Assembly (NCBI GenBank): GCA_964354795.1
Contig: CAYHBB010000016.1
Coordinates: forward strand, 4,084 to 68,083
Length of the DNA: 64,000 bases
Source: an uncultured Planctomycetales bacterium
GTDB taxonomy: Bacteria > Omnitrophota > Gorgyraeia > Gygaellales > Profunditerraquicolaceae
Direction of reading: 5' to 3'
Shown here one piece after another: positions 45,589 to 56,745 of this stretch (position 1 is the first letter of the stretch; every line of letters begins with the position of its first letter). The notes beneath the pieces were generated by a model. It made no database searches. It saw nothing but the letters and a program-made list of their open reading frames with translations, and had not been told where the DNA came from. A program made the translations under genes and the position numbers.

Positions 45589-46512
45589 CTAGTTTTCATG
45601 CCAAAAAACCACCTTGGACTTAGAGCGGTCATACACTGCTTCAACACTCCTTACCACCCTGTTGACGCGGTCCAAAGCTTTTATACGGATAAAATCCGAC
45701 TTCACCCCGATTATATTATTCACAACAGCCTGCTGCAGGATCTCCAGCTCCTTATCGTTTAAATCAAGCTCGCCTGAGATCAGCGCGGTATCGCGAAACA
45801 CCCGATCATCCGCGGAGCCGGTGACATTATCGGGGCCGCTACGCCAACTGACTATTTTTTGCACGAGGCTCTCGGCATCAGCCGCAGTCACACCGCTGAC
45901 CCCGTTATTGCTAAGGAAAACGGCCTGCGAATGCATGATCATGGTCAGCACCTCCTGCGAAACGGTATTAATATTTGTCTTCTTGGCGAAAACGGTGACA
46001 TAATCCCTTACTTTCCTATAGTCTTCTGCCGTCAAATCCTTTATCATTACCAACTCTTCGGCAGCAGCGAAGTCCGCGCCCTTTGGGCTATAGCCCAGGC
46101 TCTCATAAACCTTCGCGCTATCCTGGGCATCGCCGCGCCAAATAAGCAGGTTATTCACGAGGTCAGTAGTTACAGGCACCCCGGACTCCTCGAAAAGCGC
46201 GGTAAGTAGCACGGAAGGAGCCTCGTTTAAATTCAAGAGCCGGTCTTCGTCGGAAATCTTATAAAGCGCGGGCTCCCCGGGGTTCATCCACTCCTCTAGC
46301 CTAGAATCATACCCGACGCTGGTATCCGCCAATATCCTGGAGATCGCCAGGTTCACCTGCGCCTTAGCCTGATAAAGCGCCTGCAGGCTGTCGCGCTCAT
46401 AACGGCTCATCCTTAAAGACATGGCCACGCGGTGCCCGATGCCCACGGCCATAACCGCCAAGATCGCCAGGACCCAAAGGCTGATGATCAGCGCCTGCGC
46501 TTTTTTATTCAT
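45589..46512 (-). CDS. gspK: Type II secretion pseudopilin K
   Basis: AQALIISLW, DE...LNLN, NINT. Confidence 0.8.
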   Translation of the reverse strand: MNKKAQALIISLWVLAILAVMAVGIGHRVAMSLRMSRYERDSLQALYQAKAQVNLAISRILADTSVGYDSRLEEWMNPGEPALYKISDEDRLLNLNEAPSVLLTALFEESGVPVTTDLVNNLLIWRGDAQDSAKVYESLGYSPKGADFAAAEELVMIKDLTAEDYRKVRDYVTVFAKKTNINTVSQEVLTMIMHSQAVFLSNNGVSGVTAADAESLVQKIVSWRSGPDNVTGSADDRVFRDTALISGELDLNDKELEILQQAVVNNIIGVKSDFIRIKALDRVNRVVRSVEAVYDRSKSKVVFWHEN

Positions 46513-47107
46513 TTTCCTGCGGCGCGGACGACGGCACGCTGACAAAATAAACAGTCCGCTCAAAATCATAAGTAAATTTTTTCTTCAACGATAGTTTTAC
46601 TTTAACCGCTGCCGGAAGTTTCTTGGCGAAACCCCAGGCAACGGCCTCCTTTAAAGCGCCATTATCTTCATATATATAGGAAAAAATCAGCTTATCTATA
46701 TCAGGGTCCATCTCATCTGCCTTAACCCGAGAAGAATCTTTCAGGCACTCCTGACCCCTGCGGCATAAGCGCATCAGCGTATTACCTTCTAGATAGTAGC
46801 TGACAAACGCCACATTGCGGACAAATTCCAGCAAACTGTAATCATCCACTAACGCCATAAAGCTGACCTTATCGGCGGTACCGCTGAACTTAGTATCGCC
46901 GGAAGAATAGGCGTAGCTGTTGCGAATATCGCGGTTAATACGCCCCAAAACCTGGCGCGCCTGCTGATAGGCCGAGACACGCTCATTGATATTTCGGTAA
47001 CCGAAAACTCCGGAGCTAAAGGCCGCATATAGCGCCACCATTACTACCGCGAATATGGATGAGGCGATCAAAAGCTCTACTAGAGTAAAAGACTTGGACT
47101 TTTTCAT
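46505..47107 (-). CDS. Minor pseudopilin (GspJ-like)
   Basis: SFTLVELL prepilin motif; LPAAVKV. Confidence 0.8.
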   Translation of the reverse strand: MKKSKSFTLVELLIASSIFAVVMVALYAAFSSGVFGYRNINERVSAYQQARQVLGRINRDIRNSYAYSSGDTKFSGTADKVSFMALVDDYSLLEFVRNVAFVSYYLEGNTLMRLCRRGQECLKDSSRVKADEMDPDIDKLIFSYIYEDNGALKEAVAWGFAKKLPAAVKVKLSLKKKFTYDFERTVYFVSVPSSAPQENE

Positions 47108-47478
47108 TTTCGAAAATACGTCTGGACGCCGAAGCTCTCCTGCCAAGATTTCGTCTTCCATTTCAGTTCCATATCCATTACGTACAGCCCGACTCCGGGG
47201 TCAAGCTTAAACGTGCGCTTCCAACTGAATTTATCCCGCGCCCCTTCGGACTCTTCGGGCTCATTTGAGATTATAGAATTCGCCTCTTTATATTCCAGCT
47301 CCTGCAGTTTGTCCTCAGCCAGAAATACCGCGCTGACCACATCGCAGGATAATCCCGCAGCCCTGGTACTGAACACTATAGCCTCCATGACCACCACAAT
47401 GCCCGCCGATAATATGGCGATGGCAATGATCATCTCCAGCAAAAATATACCTTTATTACTGTTCTTGAGATTTAACAC
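47104..47478 (-). CDS. Minor pseudopilin (GspI-like)
   Basis: GIFLLEMI prepilin motif. Confidence 0.75.
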   Translation of the reverse strand: MLNLKNSNKGIFLLEMIIAIAILSAGIVVVMEAIVFSTRAAGLSCDVVSAVFLAEDKLQELEYKEANSIISNEPEESEGARDKFSWKRTFKLDPGVGLYVMDMELKWKTKSWQESFGVQTYFRK

Positions 47479-47950
47479 CTGCGAAAACTCCTTTTGTAGT
47501 AAGAGTAACGGAATGCCCTTCGGAAGAGGTGAGCTTTATGGTGCAGGGATCTATGCTGCCGTCAGGATAGAAGATTATCTGACTTTGGTCTGTTTCGATA
47601 GTTATAGAAGAGGGAATATTGTATGACCTTATCCGGATACTGCTGTCTTTAAACTTAGCCCAGTAAGCCTTGCCTTCGGGGTCTATATGAAGGTAAACGC
47701 TTGTCCCTTCGGCTACCGCGCGGCCATCCAGATAATTCATAAATGTCTGCAATTGACGGCAGCTGTCATCAAGCTGCAGACTGACAAAGGTCCTGCGCAA
47801 AGCAGGATATGACACTCCCGCCAAAATACCGATGATGATGATGACAAAAAGAAGCTCAAGCAGGCTAAACCCCGTTAGATGCTTACGCTTCTTACGCATT
47901 AACGCCTCTAACGGGGCAAGTGAGCGCTTACCAGTTGCCGATGTCGTCAT
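47456..47950 (-). CDS. Minor pseudopilin (GspH-like)
   Basis: GFSLLELL, FYPDG; start 47950 or 47899. Confidence 0.78.
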   Translation of the reverse strand: MTTSATGKRSLAPLEALMRKKRKHLTGFSLLELLFVIIIIGILAGVSYPALRRTFVSLQLDDSCRQLQTFMNYLDGRAVAEGTSVYLHIDPEGKAYWAKFKDSSIRIRSYNIPSSITIETDQSQIIFYPDGSIDPCTIKLTSSEGHSVTLTTKGVFAGVKSQEQ

Positions 47951-48326
47951 TATCCCCCTGCGTGCCGTTAGGCCCGGAAGAGTAAAGGTCATAGTCGGTA
48001 TTGTGAGTCCCGGGGCAGATATAGATATACTCCTTGCCCCACGGATCCTTGGAAGCTTTCTTTAAATACGGGCCTTTCCAGGTGTCAGGGTTAGAGCCCT
48101 TCTGCATCAGCTCATCAAGAGTAGCCGGATAATGGCCCATATGCATCTCAAACATATCCAGCCCTAATGCAATGTTCGAGTTGATATCGGCTTTAGCAGC
48201 GGAAATCCGCGCCTCTTCGGAGCGGCCCACAAGCCTGGGCATGACCATGGCCGCAAGCACGCCGATAATAATCACCACTAACATAAGCTCGATCAAAGTA
48301 AAAGCTTTTCTACGTGACTTGACCAT
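47928..48326 (-). CDS. gspG: Major pseudopilin G
   Basis: AFTLIELM, WKGPYL, DPWG, S.GP.G....DDIGNW. Confidence 0.93.
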   Translation of the reverse strand: MVKSRRKAFTLIELMLVVIIIGVLAAMVMPRLVGRSEEARISAAKADINSNIALGLDMFEMHMGHYPATLDELMQKGSNPDTWKGPYLKKASKDPWGKEYIYICPGTHNTDYDLYSSGPNGTQGDNDDIGNW

Positions 48327-48334
48327 TCTTCCTC

Positions 48335-49543
48335 CTATCTTACAATCAGATTAATCTGAAATATCGGCAATAACATTGACAGGACAATAAAACAGACTAT
48401 CAGGCCCATCAGCAGTATTATAACCGGTTCGATCAAACGCGCAACTGTCTTTAAGTTGCGCTCGACCTCTGACTCGTAATCCTGGGCGACTCTGAAAAAC
48501 GCTTTTTCAAGCGAACCCGTCTCCTCCCCAACGGAGATGATGTTCACCGAAAACTGGGGGAAAAATTTCGAGCCCTTCATGGCCTGAGATAACATAGATC
48601 CTGAGGCTATAGCGCCTTTAAACTTTTCCGCCTCCTGGCGCAGAATATAGTTGGAAAATGTTGAATTCGCTACTTCCAACGCCGGGGTGATAGGCATTCC
48701 GCCGGCTACCAGCAAAGACAGCGTGCGCATAAACCTGCCGATCTCGGCCTTTACAATGATATTGCCCAATAGCGGCAGCTTAAGCCTGAAAGTGTCTAAA
48801 GCTATTCGCCCCTGCGGATTCTGCTTCATGCGCTGCAGAAAAAATATTATAAAGAAAATAACGACCGGAAAAACCCACCAGAAACTGCGCATTAAGCCTG
48901 ACACGGCGATCAGGATCTTGGTAGGCAGCGGCAACACCTGTCCCATATCGGAAAACATGCTCACTAGGCGGGGGATGACAAATGCAAGAAGCACGATTAT
49001 GGTCAAAACGCTTACCGAGAATATAAATGCCGGATAGATCATTGCCTGGCGCAAAGAGTCCCGGAACTCCTCCTCTTTCTCAAGGTAGCCACTTAAACGC
49101 CGCAAAGCCTCTTCGATATTCCCGCTTGCCTCTCCCGAGCGCACCATGGAAGTATAAAGCGCGGGGAAAACTTGCGGGTACATGGAAAGCCCGTCTGAAA
49201 AAGCCTTGCCACCCTTGACCTGATCGGCGACATCCAATAATACCGCCTTAAGATACTTGTTCGGCAGCTGCTCGATAACGATGCCAATGGCTTTTAAGAT
49301 GTGTACGCCGGAGCCGACAAGCGCGGACAGCTGCGTAGTGCACAGGACCAGCTCTGAAGTCTTGAATTTTGAGAAAGCCCAGCCGCTTTTTTTATCCAGC
49401 GGGCTTTCTTTGGGATGGACAGAAACGGGGAAATATCCCAAGCCGGTGATCTTCGAAATGGCGTCCTGAGCGGAATCCGCCTCAATATCTCCCCGGATGG
49501 TTTTGGATGGATCAGTCTTGGCTGTATAGGCGTATCGCGTCAT
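48335..49543 (-). CDS. gspF: T2SS inner-membrane platform protein F
   Basis: GEASG, YPAF, LPLPTK, GEETG, EPVII. Confidence 0.9.
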   Translation of the reverse strand: MTRYAYTAKTDPSKTIRGDIEADSAQDAISKITGLGYFPVSVHPKESPLDKKSGWAFSKFKTSELVLCTTQLSALVGSGVHILKAIGIVIEQLPNKYLKAVLLDVADQVKGGKAFSDGLSMYPQVFPALYTSMVRSGEASGNIEEALRRLSGYLEKEEEFRDSLRQAMIYPAFIFSVSVLTIIVLLAFVIPRLVSMFSDMGQVLPLPTKILIAVSGLMRSFWWVFPVVIFFIIFFLQRMKQNPQGRIALDTFRLKLPLLGNIIVKAEIGRFMRTLSLLVAGGMPITPALEVANSTFSNYILRQEAEKFKGAIASGSMLSQAMKGSKFFPQFSVNIISVGEETGSLEKAFFRVAQDYESEVERNLKTVARLIEPVIILLMGLIVCFIVLSMLLPIFQINLIVR

Positions 49544-51261
49544 CAGTCCTCGGACAGCTCTTCCTGTTGCGTCACGCGCACCACTTCAGAAAACGTAGTC
49601 AGCCCGGCCAGCACCTTGCGTAAGCCATCCTGGCGCAGGGTGCGCATCCCCTCAGAGATCGCCTGACGCTTGATCTGCTGGCTGGAGGAACGGCTTAAGA
49701 TCAGTTCTCGGATCTTCTCGCTCATCAGGATGATTTCATGGATCCCGGTCCTGCCGCGATAGCCGGTGAACCTACACTCCTGGCAACCCTTACCTTCATA
49801 TATCTGAGTGGTCTTGATATCGAAATCTATATCCTTATGCATCTGGGCCAGGAACTCTTCCCCGGCCTTTACCACGGTTTTGCATTTAAGGCAGATCAGC
49901 CTGACTAGCCTTTGCGCGATAAGGCATTCCAGCGATGAGGAAACCAAAAACGGCTCTACCCCCATATCCAGCAAGCGGGTCACTGCTCCCGCCGCATCAT
50001 TGGTGTGCAGGGTCGAGAATACCAAGTGGCCCGTAAGAGAGGACCTGATGGCTATCTCCGCAGTCTCATAGTCGCGTACCTCTCCCACCATGATCACGTC
50101 CGGGTCATGCCTAAGCATGTGCCTGAGCGCCGTGGCGAAGTTAAACCCTATCTGCGCGTTTACCTGTATCTGGTTTACCCCGCGCAGCTGATATTCAACA
50201 GGATCTTCGATAGTGATGATCTTTACCGCGTTTGAATTGATACGGGCCAATGCCGCATACAGCGTTGTAGACTTTCCGGAGCCGGTAGGCCCGGTTACGA
50301 AAATAACCCCATGCGGCCGGGTGATAACGCCCTCAATAATCTTAAGCTCATCCGCAACAAGCCCGATCTTCTCAAGCTCTAAAAACGACCCCTGACTCAA
50401 CACCCTTATCTGCACCGCCTCCCCAAAAACGGTGGGGATCACCGACACGCGCAGGTCCAGCTCATAATCCACGACCTTGATCTTTATGCGCCCGTCCTGC
50501 GGAAGCCTGCGCTCGGCGATATTCATGCCGGCCATGATCTTTATGCGCGAGACGATCGCGGGATGAAAATATTTTATTGTTTCCGGGATATGAATATCAT
50601 AAAGAATACCATCGATCCTGAAACGCACGCGCAGCTCATCCTGAAACGGCTCCAGATGCAAGTCAGTAGCCCTGTCCTTGATCGCCTCCTGCAAAATCTG
50701 ATTTACGAACTTTATGATAGAGGCGTCTTCCGCCATACCCTCCAGATCCTCGACCTTTCCGGCTACCGAAACTAAAGACTCCTGCGCCGGCTTCTCGGCG
50801 ATCATACGCTCCAGGGTCTCCGCACCCACGCCGTAATACTTGCGTATCGCCTCCTGAATACCGATCTCGCTTGCCAATACCCCCTTCACCTCAATACCCA
50901 AAAGCAGGCGAAGATCATCCAGAGTCCGGATATCCAGCGGGTCTGTCATAGCAATGACCAAAACGTTGTCCTTGAAATCAACGGGAATGATCTTGTAGTG
51001 GCTGGCGAACTTTGCGGGGACTTTCTGGATTATCAAACTATCAATATCAGTATCCTTAAGTTTTATATAAGGAATCTCCAGTTTGCGGGCAAGGACGGTT
51101 AAAGCCTTTTCTTCGCTGATAAACCCAAGCTTTATCAACGCCTGGCAGACAAAACTTCCGGTCTTTTTCTGCTCTTTTAGTCCGGCCTCTAGCTGCTCAG
51201 AGGTGATCAATCCCTCCTCAACCAGCAGCTGCCCGATCAGCAAACTATCTCTCACCGACAT
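49543..51261 (-). CDS. gspE: T2SS ATPase E (GspE/PilB family)
   Basis: GPTGSGKST, EDPVE, LRHDPD, TGHLVFSTLH, Zn CxxC pairs. Confidence 0.93.
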   Translation of the reverse strand: MSVRDSLLIGQLLVEEGLITSEQLEAGLKEQKKTGSFVCQALIKLGFISEEKALTVLARKLEIPYIKLKDTDIDSLIIQKVPAKFASHYKIIPVDFKDNVLVIAMTDPLDIRTLDDLRLLLGIEVKGVLASEIGIQEAIRKYYGVGAETLERMIAEKPAQESLVSVAGKVEDLEGMAEDASIIKFVNQILQEAIKDRATDLHLEPFQDELRVRFRIDGILYDIHIPETIKYFHPAIVSRIKIMAGMNIAERRLPQDGRIKIKVVDYELDLRVSVIPTVFGEAVQIRVLSQGSFLELEKIGLVADELKIIEGVITRPHGVIFVTGPTGSGKSTTLYAALARINSNAVKIITIEDPVEYQLRGVNQIQVNAQIGFNFATALRHMLRHDPDVIMVGEVRDYETAEIAIRSSLTGHLVFSTLHTNDAAGAVTRLLDMGVEPFLVSSSLECLIAQRLVRLICLKCKTVVKAGEEFLAQMHKDIDFDIKTTQIYEGKGCQECRFTGYRGRTGIHEIILMSEKIRELILSRSSSQQIKRQAISEGMRTLRQDGLRKVLAGLTTFSEVVRVTQQEELSED

Positions 51262-51274
51262 CCTTGACTCCTTG

Positions 51275-51360
51275 CGCAGAAAGCTGCACCCCAGCTAAAA
51301 GGTATGCTGGGTGCGTCCTTTTTAGGACGCACACTGGCCTATCCTATAAGGCCAAGTGCC
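51275..51360. repeat. Family A hairpin cluster
   Basis: Near reverse complement of ~60216-60272; second hairpin matches 42003-42033. Confidence 0.75.
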
Positions 51361-51361
51361 T

Positions 51362-51715
51362 TCATAAAGTGCGGCTACCTGTGCCTATACGCAACATCTC
51401 CATCAGCCTGTACCACAGATCCATGAAAAACGAGCTGAAATCCTTAAAATAATTATCAAATCCCTGAGGCAAACCGGGGAAATTCGGCAAATGAGGAACA
51501 TTGGTGAACACCTTAAAAATAACAAACTTAAGTGCCAGAAAGCTAAGAATAGAAAACAATATCGTCAGTATGACCATGCCGGCGATAACCGAAAGACAGC
51601 CGATAAGGCAGCCCTTCCACGCCGCAAGTTTAATCTTACGAAGATCTGCCTGGCAGAAACGGCATTTTACAGCTTCATCCTGGATCTCTTCCGCGCAATA
51701 CGGACATTTTTTCAT
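51362..51715 (-). CDS. Zinc-ribbon membrane protein
   Basis: [18 protein letters not shown] plus TM. Confidence 0.8.
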   Translation of the reverse strand: MKKCPYCAEEIQDEAVKCRFCQADLRKIKLAAWKGCLIGCLSVIAGMVILTILFSILSFLALKFVIFKVFTNVPHLPNFPGLPQGFDNYFKDFSSFFMDLWYRLMEMLRIGTGSRTL

Positions 51716-51720
51716 ATTCC

Positions 51721-52338
51721 TTACCTGCCTTTCGCCGTTTTTATGAACTGCCTCACTAAAACGTGATCTTTCTTCCCCGGGATCAATTCGATCGAACTAC
51801 ACACATCCACCCAGCTTGGTTTAGCTGTCTGAATAGCTTTTCTTACGTTATCCGTAGTCAAGCCGCCTGACAAAAATACCGGAATCTTTATCTCCCTTAA
51901 ATGCCTGATGAGTTTCCAGTCGAAATTTTTCCCTGTGCCGCCAATCCTGGATTTCACATAAGTATCAAAGAGATAAGCAAAAGACTTATACCGCAATATA
52001 TCAGCCACATCCAGCTTATCTTTGACCCGAAAAACTTTGATGAACTTGTAATTTTTGAACTTCTTGCAGTATTCGGGAGATTCTGTCCCGTGAAACTGCA
52101 GCATATCCAAACGGCACATACGGGCAATACGCTTAACCGCCTGTTCTTTGGCATTGACAAAAACACCGATCTTAATAATGCGCGGCGGGACCTGCTTGAC
52201 TATGCTACTGACCTTCTTAGGAGAAACATAGCGCGGGCTCTTTTTATAAAAAGCAAACCCCAGAGCATCGCAACCAGCTTTTACCGAAGCAAGGGCATCT
52301 TTTAGATTAGTTATCCCGCATATCTTTACTTTCACCAC
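51721..52338 (-). CDS. trpF: Phosphoribosylanthranilate isomerase
   Basis: VKICGIT, QFHG, GGTG, LSGGL. Confidence 0.95.
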   Translation of the reverse strand: MVKVKICGITNLKDALASVKAGCDALGFAFYKKSPRYVSPKKVSSIVKQVPPRIIKIGVFVNAKEQAVKRIARMCRLDMLQFHGTESPEYCKKFKNYKFIKVFRVKDKLDVADILRYKSFAYLFDTYVKSRIGGTGKNFDWKLIRHLREIKIPVFLSGGLTTDNVRKAIQTAKPSWVDVCSSIELIPGKKDHVLVRQFIKTAKGR

Positions 52339-53135
52339 CCCATGACCTCTTCGACTTTAGCCCTGATATTCTCCGATTCCATAAAAACACTGCCTATAAG
52401 CACAGCGCTCACTCCAAGAATCTTCAGGAAACTCACATCCTGACGGCAAGTCAATCCGCTCTCAACAACTACAGGCTTTCCCTTGGGGATCAGGGTATAA
52501 AGTCTCTCAGTGGTCTTAGGATCGACTTCCAGCGTATGCAAGTCGCGGTTATTGATCCCGATAAGCTGGACTTCTTTAAGCTTAAGAACTTTCTTTAACT
52601 CCTTTTCCGTATGCACTTCTACCAGGCAATCCATCCCCAGCCCAGTTGCGACCTGGATCAGCCCAGAGATTGTTTCCTGAGTAAGTATGTCGGCAATGAG
52701 TAAAATAGCGTCCGCCCCGAAACAGCGTGACTCATACACCTGATACGGCTCAAGGATAAAATCTTTTCTTAAAATCGGCATAGTGGTAACGCTTTTTACG
52801 TCATCAAGAAAAGAGACATTCCCCTGAAAATAATCTTCTTCAGTCAAGACAGATATCGCCTGGACTCCGGCATCCTGGTAAATCTTTGCGATATCGATAT
52901 GATTGAAGCTCTCCCGGATCACGCCATGCGTAGGCGAGGCTTTCTTGATTTCAGCGATAAGCGAGATCTGGCGCTCCTTGGTGATAGCCTTGATAAACGG
53001 CCGCGTCGGAGCCAAGCCCTGCGCCTTAGCCTTTAATTCCTCCTCGGGCAGCTGGACCTTAGCGAAAACCAGCCTTTCTTTTTTCTTGGCTACTATTTCC
53101 TTAAGCATGTCGTTTTTACTCATCGTCGTGAACAC
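52332..53135 (-). CDS. trpC: Indole-3-glycerol-phosphate synthase
   Basis: IAEIKKASP, LRKDFI, GINNRDL, VESG. Confidence 0.95.
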   Translation of the reverse strand: MFTTMSKNDMLKEIVAKKKERLVFAKVQLPEEELKAKAQGLAPTRPFIKAITKERQISLIAEIKKASPTHGVIRESFNHIDIAKIYQDAGVQAISVLTEEDYFQGNVSFLDDVKSVTTMPILRKDFILEPYQVYESRCFGADAILLIADILTQETISGLIQVATGLGMDCLVEVHTEKELKKVLKLKEVQLIGINNRDLHTLEVDPKTTERLYTLIPKGKPVVVESGLTCRQDVSFLKILGVSAVLIGSVFMESENIRAKVEEVMGW

Positions 53136-54130
53136 TCCCTTAGCTGCTCCAGCTTTTCCAGGGCTTTACCTGAATCAACGGCTTCGGCCGCAAGCTTCAC
53201 CCCTTCTTTTATGGACTTAGCCTTGTCCGCGACATATATGGCTGCCCCGGCGTTTAAAACCACGATATCGCGCTTTGGCCCGGGCTTTCCCTCGAGAATA
53301 TCTAGGAGTATCTCGGCATTTTCGTGGGCATTGCCTCCGGCCAAATTCTTAAGCCTCGCCCTCTTGATCCCGAAATCCTCAGGATAAATCATTCTGGTTG
53401 AGACCTTGCCATTACGGACTTCTGCCACATGCGTGCCTGCGGTAGTAGTGATCTCATCAAGGCCGTCCTCTCCGTGCACCACAAGCGCGTGCTTTGAACC
53501 AAGATCATTTAAAACGTTAGCTAATACCTTTACCCAATGCCGCTCATATACTCCCACCAGCTGATGCGTGGCCCCAGCAGGATTACTCAAAGGCCCGAGG
53601 ATGTTAAAAATAGTACGGTGTCCTATAGCCTTACGCGCGGGCATGGCGTATTTCATCGCCGGGTGCAAGCTCTGAGCAAATAAAAAAGCGATGCCTACCT
53701 CATTCAGGCACCGCTCTATTCTTTCTTTATCGCCATTGATCTCTATAGCCAGAGCTTCCAGTATATCCGCGCTTCCGCAAAGGCTGGATATGGAGCGGTT
53801 CCCGTGCTTGGCCACCGCTACTCCCGCTCCCGCAGCCACGAAGCCAGCGGCTGTGGAAATATTGAATGTCCCCTTTGTATCACCTCCTGTGCCGCAGGTA
53901 TCCAGGATTGTCTTATGCTTCGGCCTTATCTTGATGGCGTGCCTACGCATTACCCTAACGGCAGCTACCACCTCTCTAACTGTCTCGCCTTTCTTAGAAA
54001 GCGTGGCCAGGAACGCCACGATGCTTGCCATATCCGCTTTACCGGTGAGGATCTCCTCCATGGCTAAACGCATCTGCGGTCCGGTAAGATCAACTTTCTT
54101 CGAAAGTATCGCCGTTACTTTCTTGATCAC
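53120..54130 (-). CDS. trpD: Anthranilate phosphoribosyltransferase
   Basis: [22 protein letters not shown]. Confidence 0.95.
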   Translation of the reverse strand: MIKKVTAILSKKVDLTGPQMRLAMEEILTGKADMASIVAFLATLSKKGETVREVVAAVRVMRRHAIKIRPKHKTILDTCGTGGDTKGTFNISTAAGFVAAGAGVAVAKHGNRSISSLCGSADILEALAIEINGDKERIERCLNEVGIAFLFAQSLHPAMKYAMPARKAIGHRTIFNILGPLSNPAGATHQLVGVYERHWVKVLANVLNDLGSKHALVVHGEDGLDEITTTAGTHVAEVRNGKVSTRMIYPEDFGIKRARLKNLAGGNAHENAEILLDILEGKPGPKRDIVVLNAGAAIYVADKAKSIKEGVKLAAEAVDSGKALEKLEQLRECSRR

Positions 54131-54690
54131 CGTTTTACGAAGTTTTCCAATAGATCCATCCCGGATTTAGTCAGGACAGACTCTGGATGAAACTGCACCC
54201 CCCACACCGGATACTTTCTGTGTTTTAAGCCCATGATCTCTCCCTCCTTGGTCCAGGCAATTATCTCAAGACACGGGGGAAGGCTCTTCTTCTGGACCAC
54301 CAACGAGTGATACCGGGTCGCTTCGAAAGGAAGAGGCAGGCCCTTAAAAATTTCTTTTTTATTATGGTATATTTTTGAGGTTTTTCCGTGCATCAGCTCT
54401 TTAGCGTGTACGATCTTTGCGCCAAACACAAACCCGATAGACTGGTGACCGAGGCAGACTCCCAGTATCGGAACTTTCCCGGCAAAAGACCTGATTACCT
54501 CACAGGATATCCCGGCACCCTCAGGCCTGCCCGGACCCGGGGAAATGACGATCTTACGGGGTTTGAGCTTTCTGATCGCCTCAACCGTGATCTTATCGTT
54601 ACGATACACCTTTATCTCCTGTCCCAGAGAACTTAAATACTGGACCAGGTTATAGGTGAAGGAGTCATAGTTGTCTATCATGAGAATCAT
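54127..54690 (-). CDS. trpG: Anthranilate synthase component II / PabA glutamine amidotransferase
   Basis: [29 protein letters not shown]. Confidence 0.93.
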   Translation of the reverse strand: MILMIDNYDSFTYNLVQYLSSLGQEIKVYRNDKITVEAIRKLKPRKIVISPGPGRPEGAGISCEVIRSFAGKVPILGVCLGHQSIGFVFGAKIVHAKELMHGKTSKIYHNKKEIFKGLPLPFEATRYHSLVVQKKSLPPCLEIIAWTKEGEIMGLKHRKYPVWGVQFHPESVLTKSGMDLLENFVKR

Positions 54691-55955
54691 TCTTTCTCTC
54701 TCCAGATCTTAGCGCCCAACTTCTGCAACTTCTCTTCGATATTTTCGTACCCGCGCTCTAGGTGATATATCCTTGAAATCTGGGTTTTACCTCTGGCAGC
54801 CAAGCCGGCTAACACCAGGCCGGCGGATGCGCGCAAATCAGATGCCATTACCGGAGCTCCGGACAACTCCTTGATCCCCTCGACTATGGCGTGCGGCCCC
54901 TCTCTTTGAATATGCGCGCCCATACGGTTAAGCTCAGCCACGTGCATGAACCGATCAGGGTAGATCTTCTCGGTGATCACGCTGATCCCGGGGGTAACGC
55001 TCATCAGGCTCATCATCTGCGCTTGCATATCCGTGGGAAAGCCCGGATAGGGAAGTGTCGTAATATTCACGGCATTAAGCGGCTTCTGATAACGCACATG
55101 AAGAGAACCCTCGGTTCGCGTGAACTGCGCCCCGGCATCTTCCAATTTATCGATCACAGCACCCAAGTGGCGGTAATGACAATTCTTTATTACAATGTCC
55201 CCTTTAGTGATCAAAGCAGCTAAAATCAACGTCCCCGCCTCGATCCTATCGGCGATCGCGGTATGCGTTGCTCCGTGCAGATGACGCACTCCATCAATCT
55301 CAACGATTGGAGTGCCGTGCCCTTTGATCTTAGCACCCATCTTGATCAGGAACTCAGCAAGGTCCACCACTTCCGGCTCGCAGGCTGCTGACTCGATCAC
55401 TGTCTTTCCGTGAGCTAAGACCGCGGCCATCATCACGTTATCAGTAGCTAAAACCGATGAGCCGTAAGCTCCGCCCAGATACATGTGAGCGCCGATGAGC
55501 TTACTGGCCTTGGCGATCACGTATCCGCCTTCGACCTCAAGATCGGCTCCTAATAATTTTATCCCTTTTAAATGCAGGTCAACCGGCCGGGTCCCAATAG
55601 CGCATCCTCCGGGTAAAGATACGCGCGCTTTCTTTAATTTACCCAACAGCGGCCCTAAGACGCAAAATGACGCGCGCATAGTAGAGACGATTTTGTAATC
55701 GGCGATGTAATTCGCGGTCTTTCCGGCGGTAACTATAGCCACTCCCTTATCCACTTCCACGTTCTTGCCCAGTGAACGCAAAAGCTTAAACATGGTGGAG
55801 GTATCGCGTAAATCCGGAATGCCCTTGATAATACAAGCGTCATCGGTCAATAATGTGGCGGCGAGTATTGGCAGGGCCGAATTCTTAGCTCCCGAAACCG
55901 TCACCTCACCCCTTAGCTTTACTCCACCCTCGATCACTAACTTATCCATTTGCAC
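54687..55955 (-). CDS. murA: UDP-N-acetylglucosamine 1-carboxyvinyltransferase
   Basis: SGAKN, MRAS, PGGCAIG.RP, PGFPTD, DLRA. Confidence 0.96.
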   Translation of the reverse strand: MQMDKLVIEGGVKLRGEVTVSGAKNSALPILAATLLTDDACIIKGIPDLRDTSTMFKLLRSLGKNVEVDKGVAIVTAGKTANYIADYKIVSTMRASFCVLGPLLGKLKKARVSLPGGCAIGTRPVDLHLKGIKLLGADLEVEGGYVIAKASKLIGAHMYLGGAYGSSVLATDNVMMAAVLAHGKTVIESAACEPEVVDLAEFLIKMGAKIKGHGTPIVEIDGVRHLHGATHTAIADRIEAGTLILAALITKGDIVIKNCHYRHLGAVIDKLEDAGAQFTRTEGSLHVRYQKPLNAVNITTLPYPGFPTDMQAQMMSLMSVTPGISVITEKIYPDRFMHVAELNRMGAHIQREGPHAIVEGIKELSGAPVMASDLRASAGLVLAGLAARGKTQISRIYHLERGYENIEEKLQKLGAKIWREKE

Positions 55956-56745
55956 CTATCCTTTTAGCTACAATGACCCGTTCGATTAAATTGAAATCCG
56001 TGACTACATGTATTATCTCAAAATCCCGCGCGGTTGCAAAAAGATTTCTTATCGGCTCAAGTTGTCCAAAACCTATCTCTAATATAAGCAATCCGTCCCT
56101 TGCCATGTAATGCGGCGACTCCTGGATTATGCGCCGAAAAAAAAGTAAACCATCTTCACCTGCGTCAAGGGCGATGCGCGGCTCATGCCGCACCTCTGGC
56201 TGCAGGGAATCGATCGCTGAATTTGCGACGTAAGGCGGATTGCTGATGATCACGTCATACGCCCGGTTGCATAAATAAAACATGTCGCTTTGAATAAAAT
56301 TTATCCTGCCGCTGACCTTATTTACAAAAGCGTTTTCCCGGGCTACACTTAACGCGTCAGGCGATATATCTATCGCGGTAAGAGAAATATTCTTAGCCAA
56401 TAGCGCTAATGTTACAGCGATGCAACCGGAGCCGGTTCCCAGCTCCAGGATCTCAAGGGGCAAATCTTTTTCAATCTGCGCCTTGGTGATATAGCCAAGC
56501 GCTGCCTCTACCAATAGCTCTGTCTCAGGGCGCGGGATAAGCACGCGGGGATCCACCTTGAATTCCCGGCCCATAAAATGAGCTTTACCCAAAATATACT
56601 GAAGAGGCTCTCCCCCGGACCTACGCTTTAGGACCGAGGCAACAAACTTGGCTTTTTCTTTATCCAGAGCTTTATCGCGGTTCTGATAGAGAGTAAGTCT
56701 ATCGCAATTTAAAAGTTCGGTAAATAATAATTCCGCTTCATCCAT
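55942..56745 (-). CDS. prmC: Release factor glutamine methyltransferase
   Basis: [19 protein letters not shown]. Confidence 0.95.
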   Translation of the reverse strand: MDEAELLFTELLNCDRLTLYQNRDKALDKEKAKFVASVLKRRSGGEPLQYILGKAHFMGREFKVDPRVLIPRPETELLVEAALGYITKAQIEKDLPLEILELGTGSGCIAVTLALLAKNISLTAIDISPDALSVARENAFVNKVSGRINFIQSDMFYLCNRAYDVIISNPPYVANSAIDSLQPEVRHEPRIALDAGEDGLLFFRRIIQESPHYMARDGLLILEIGFGQLEPIRNLFATARDFEIIHVVTDFNLIERVIVAKRIGANG

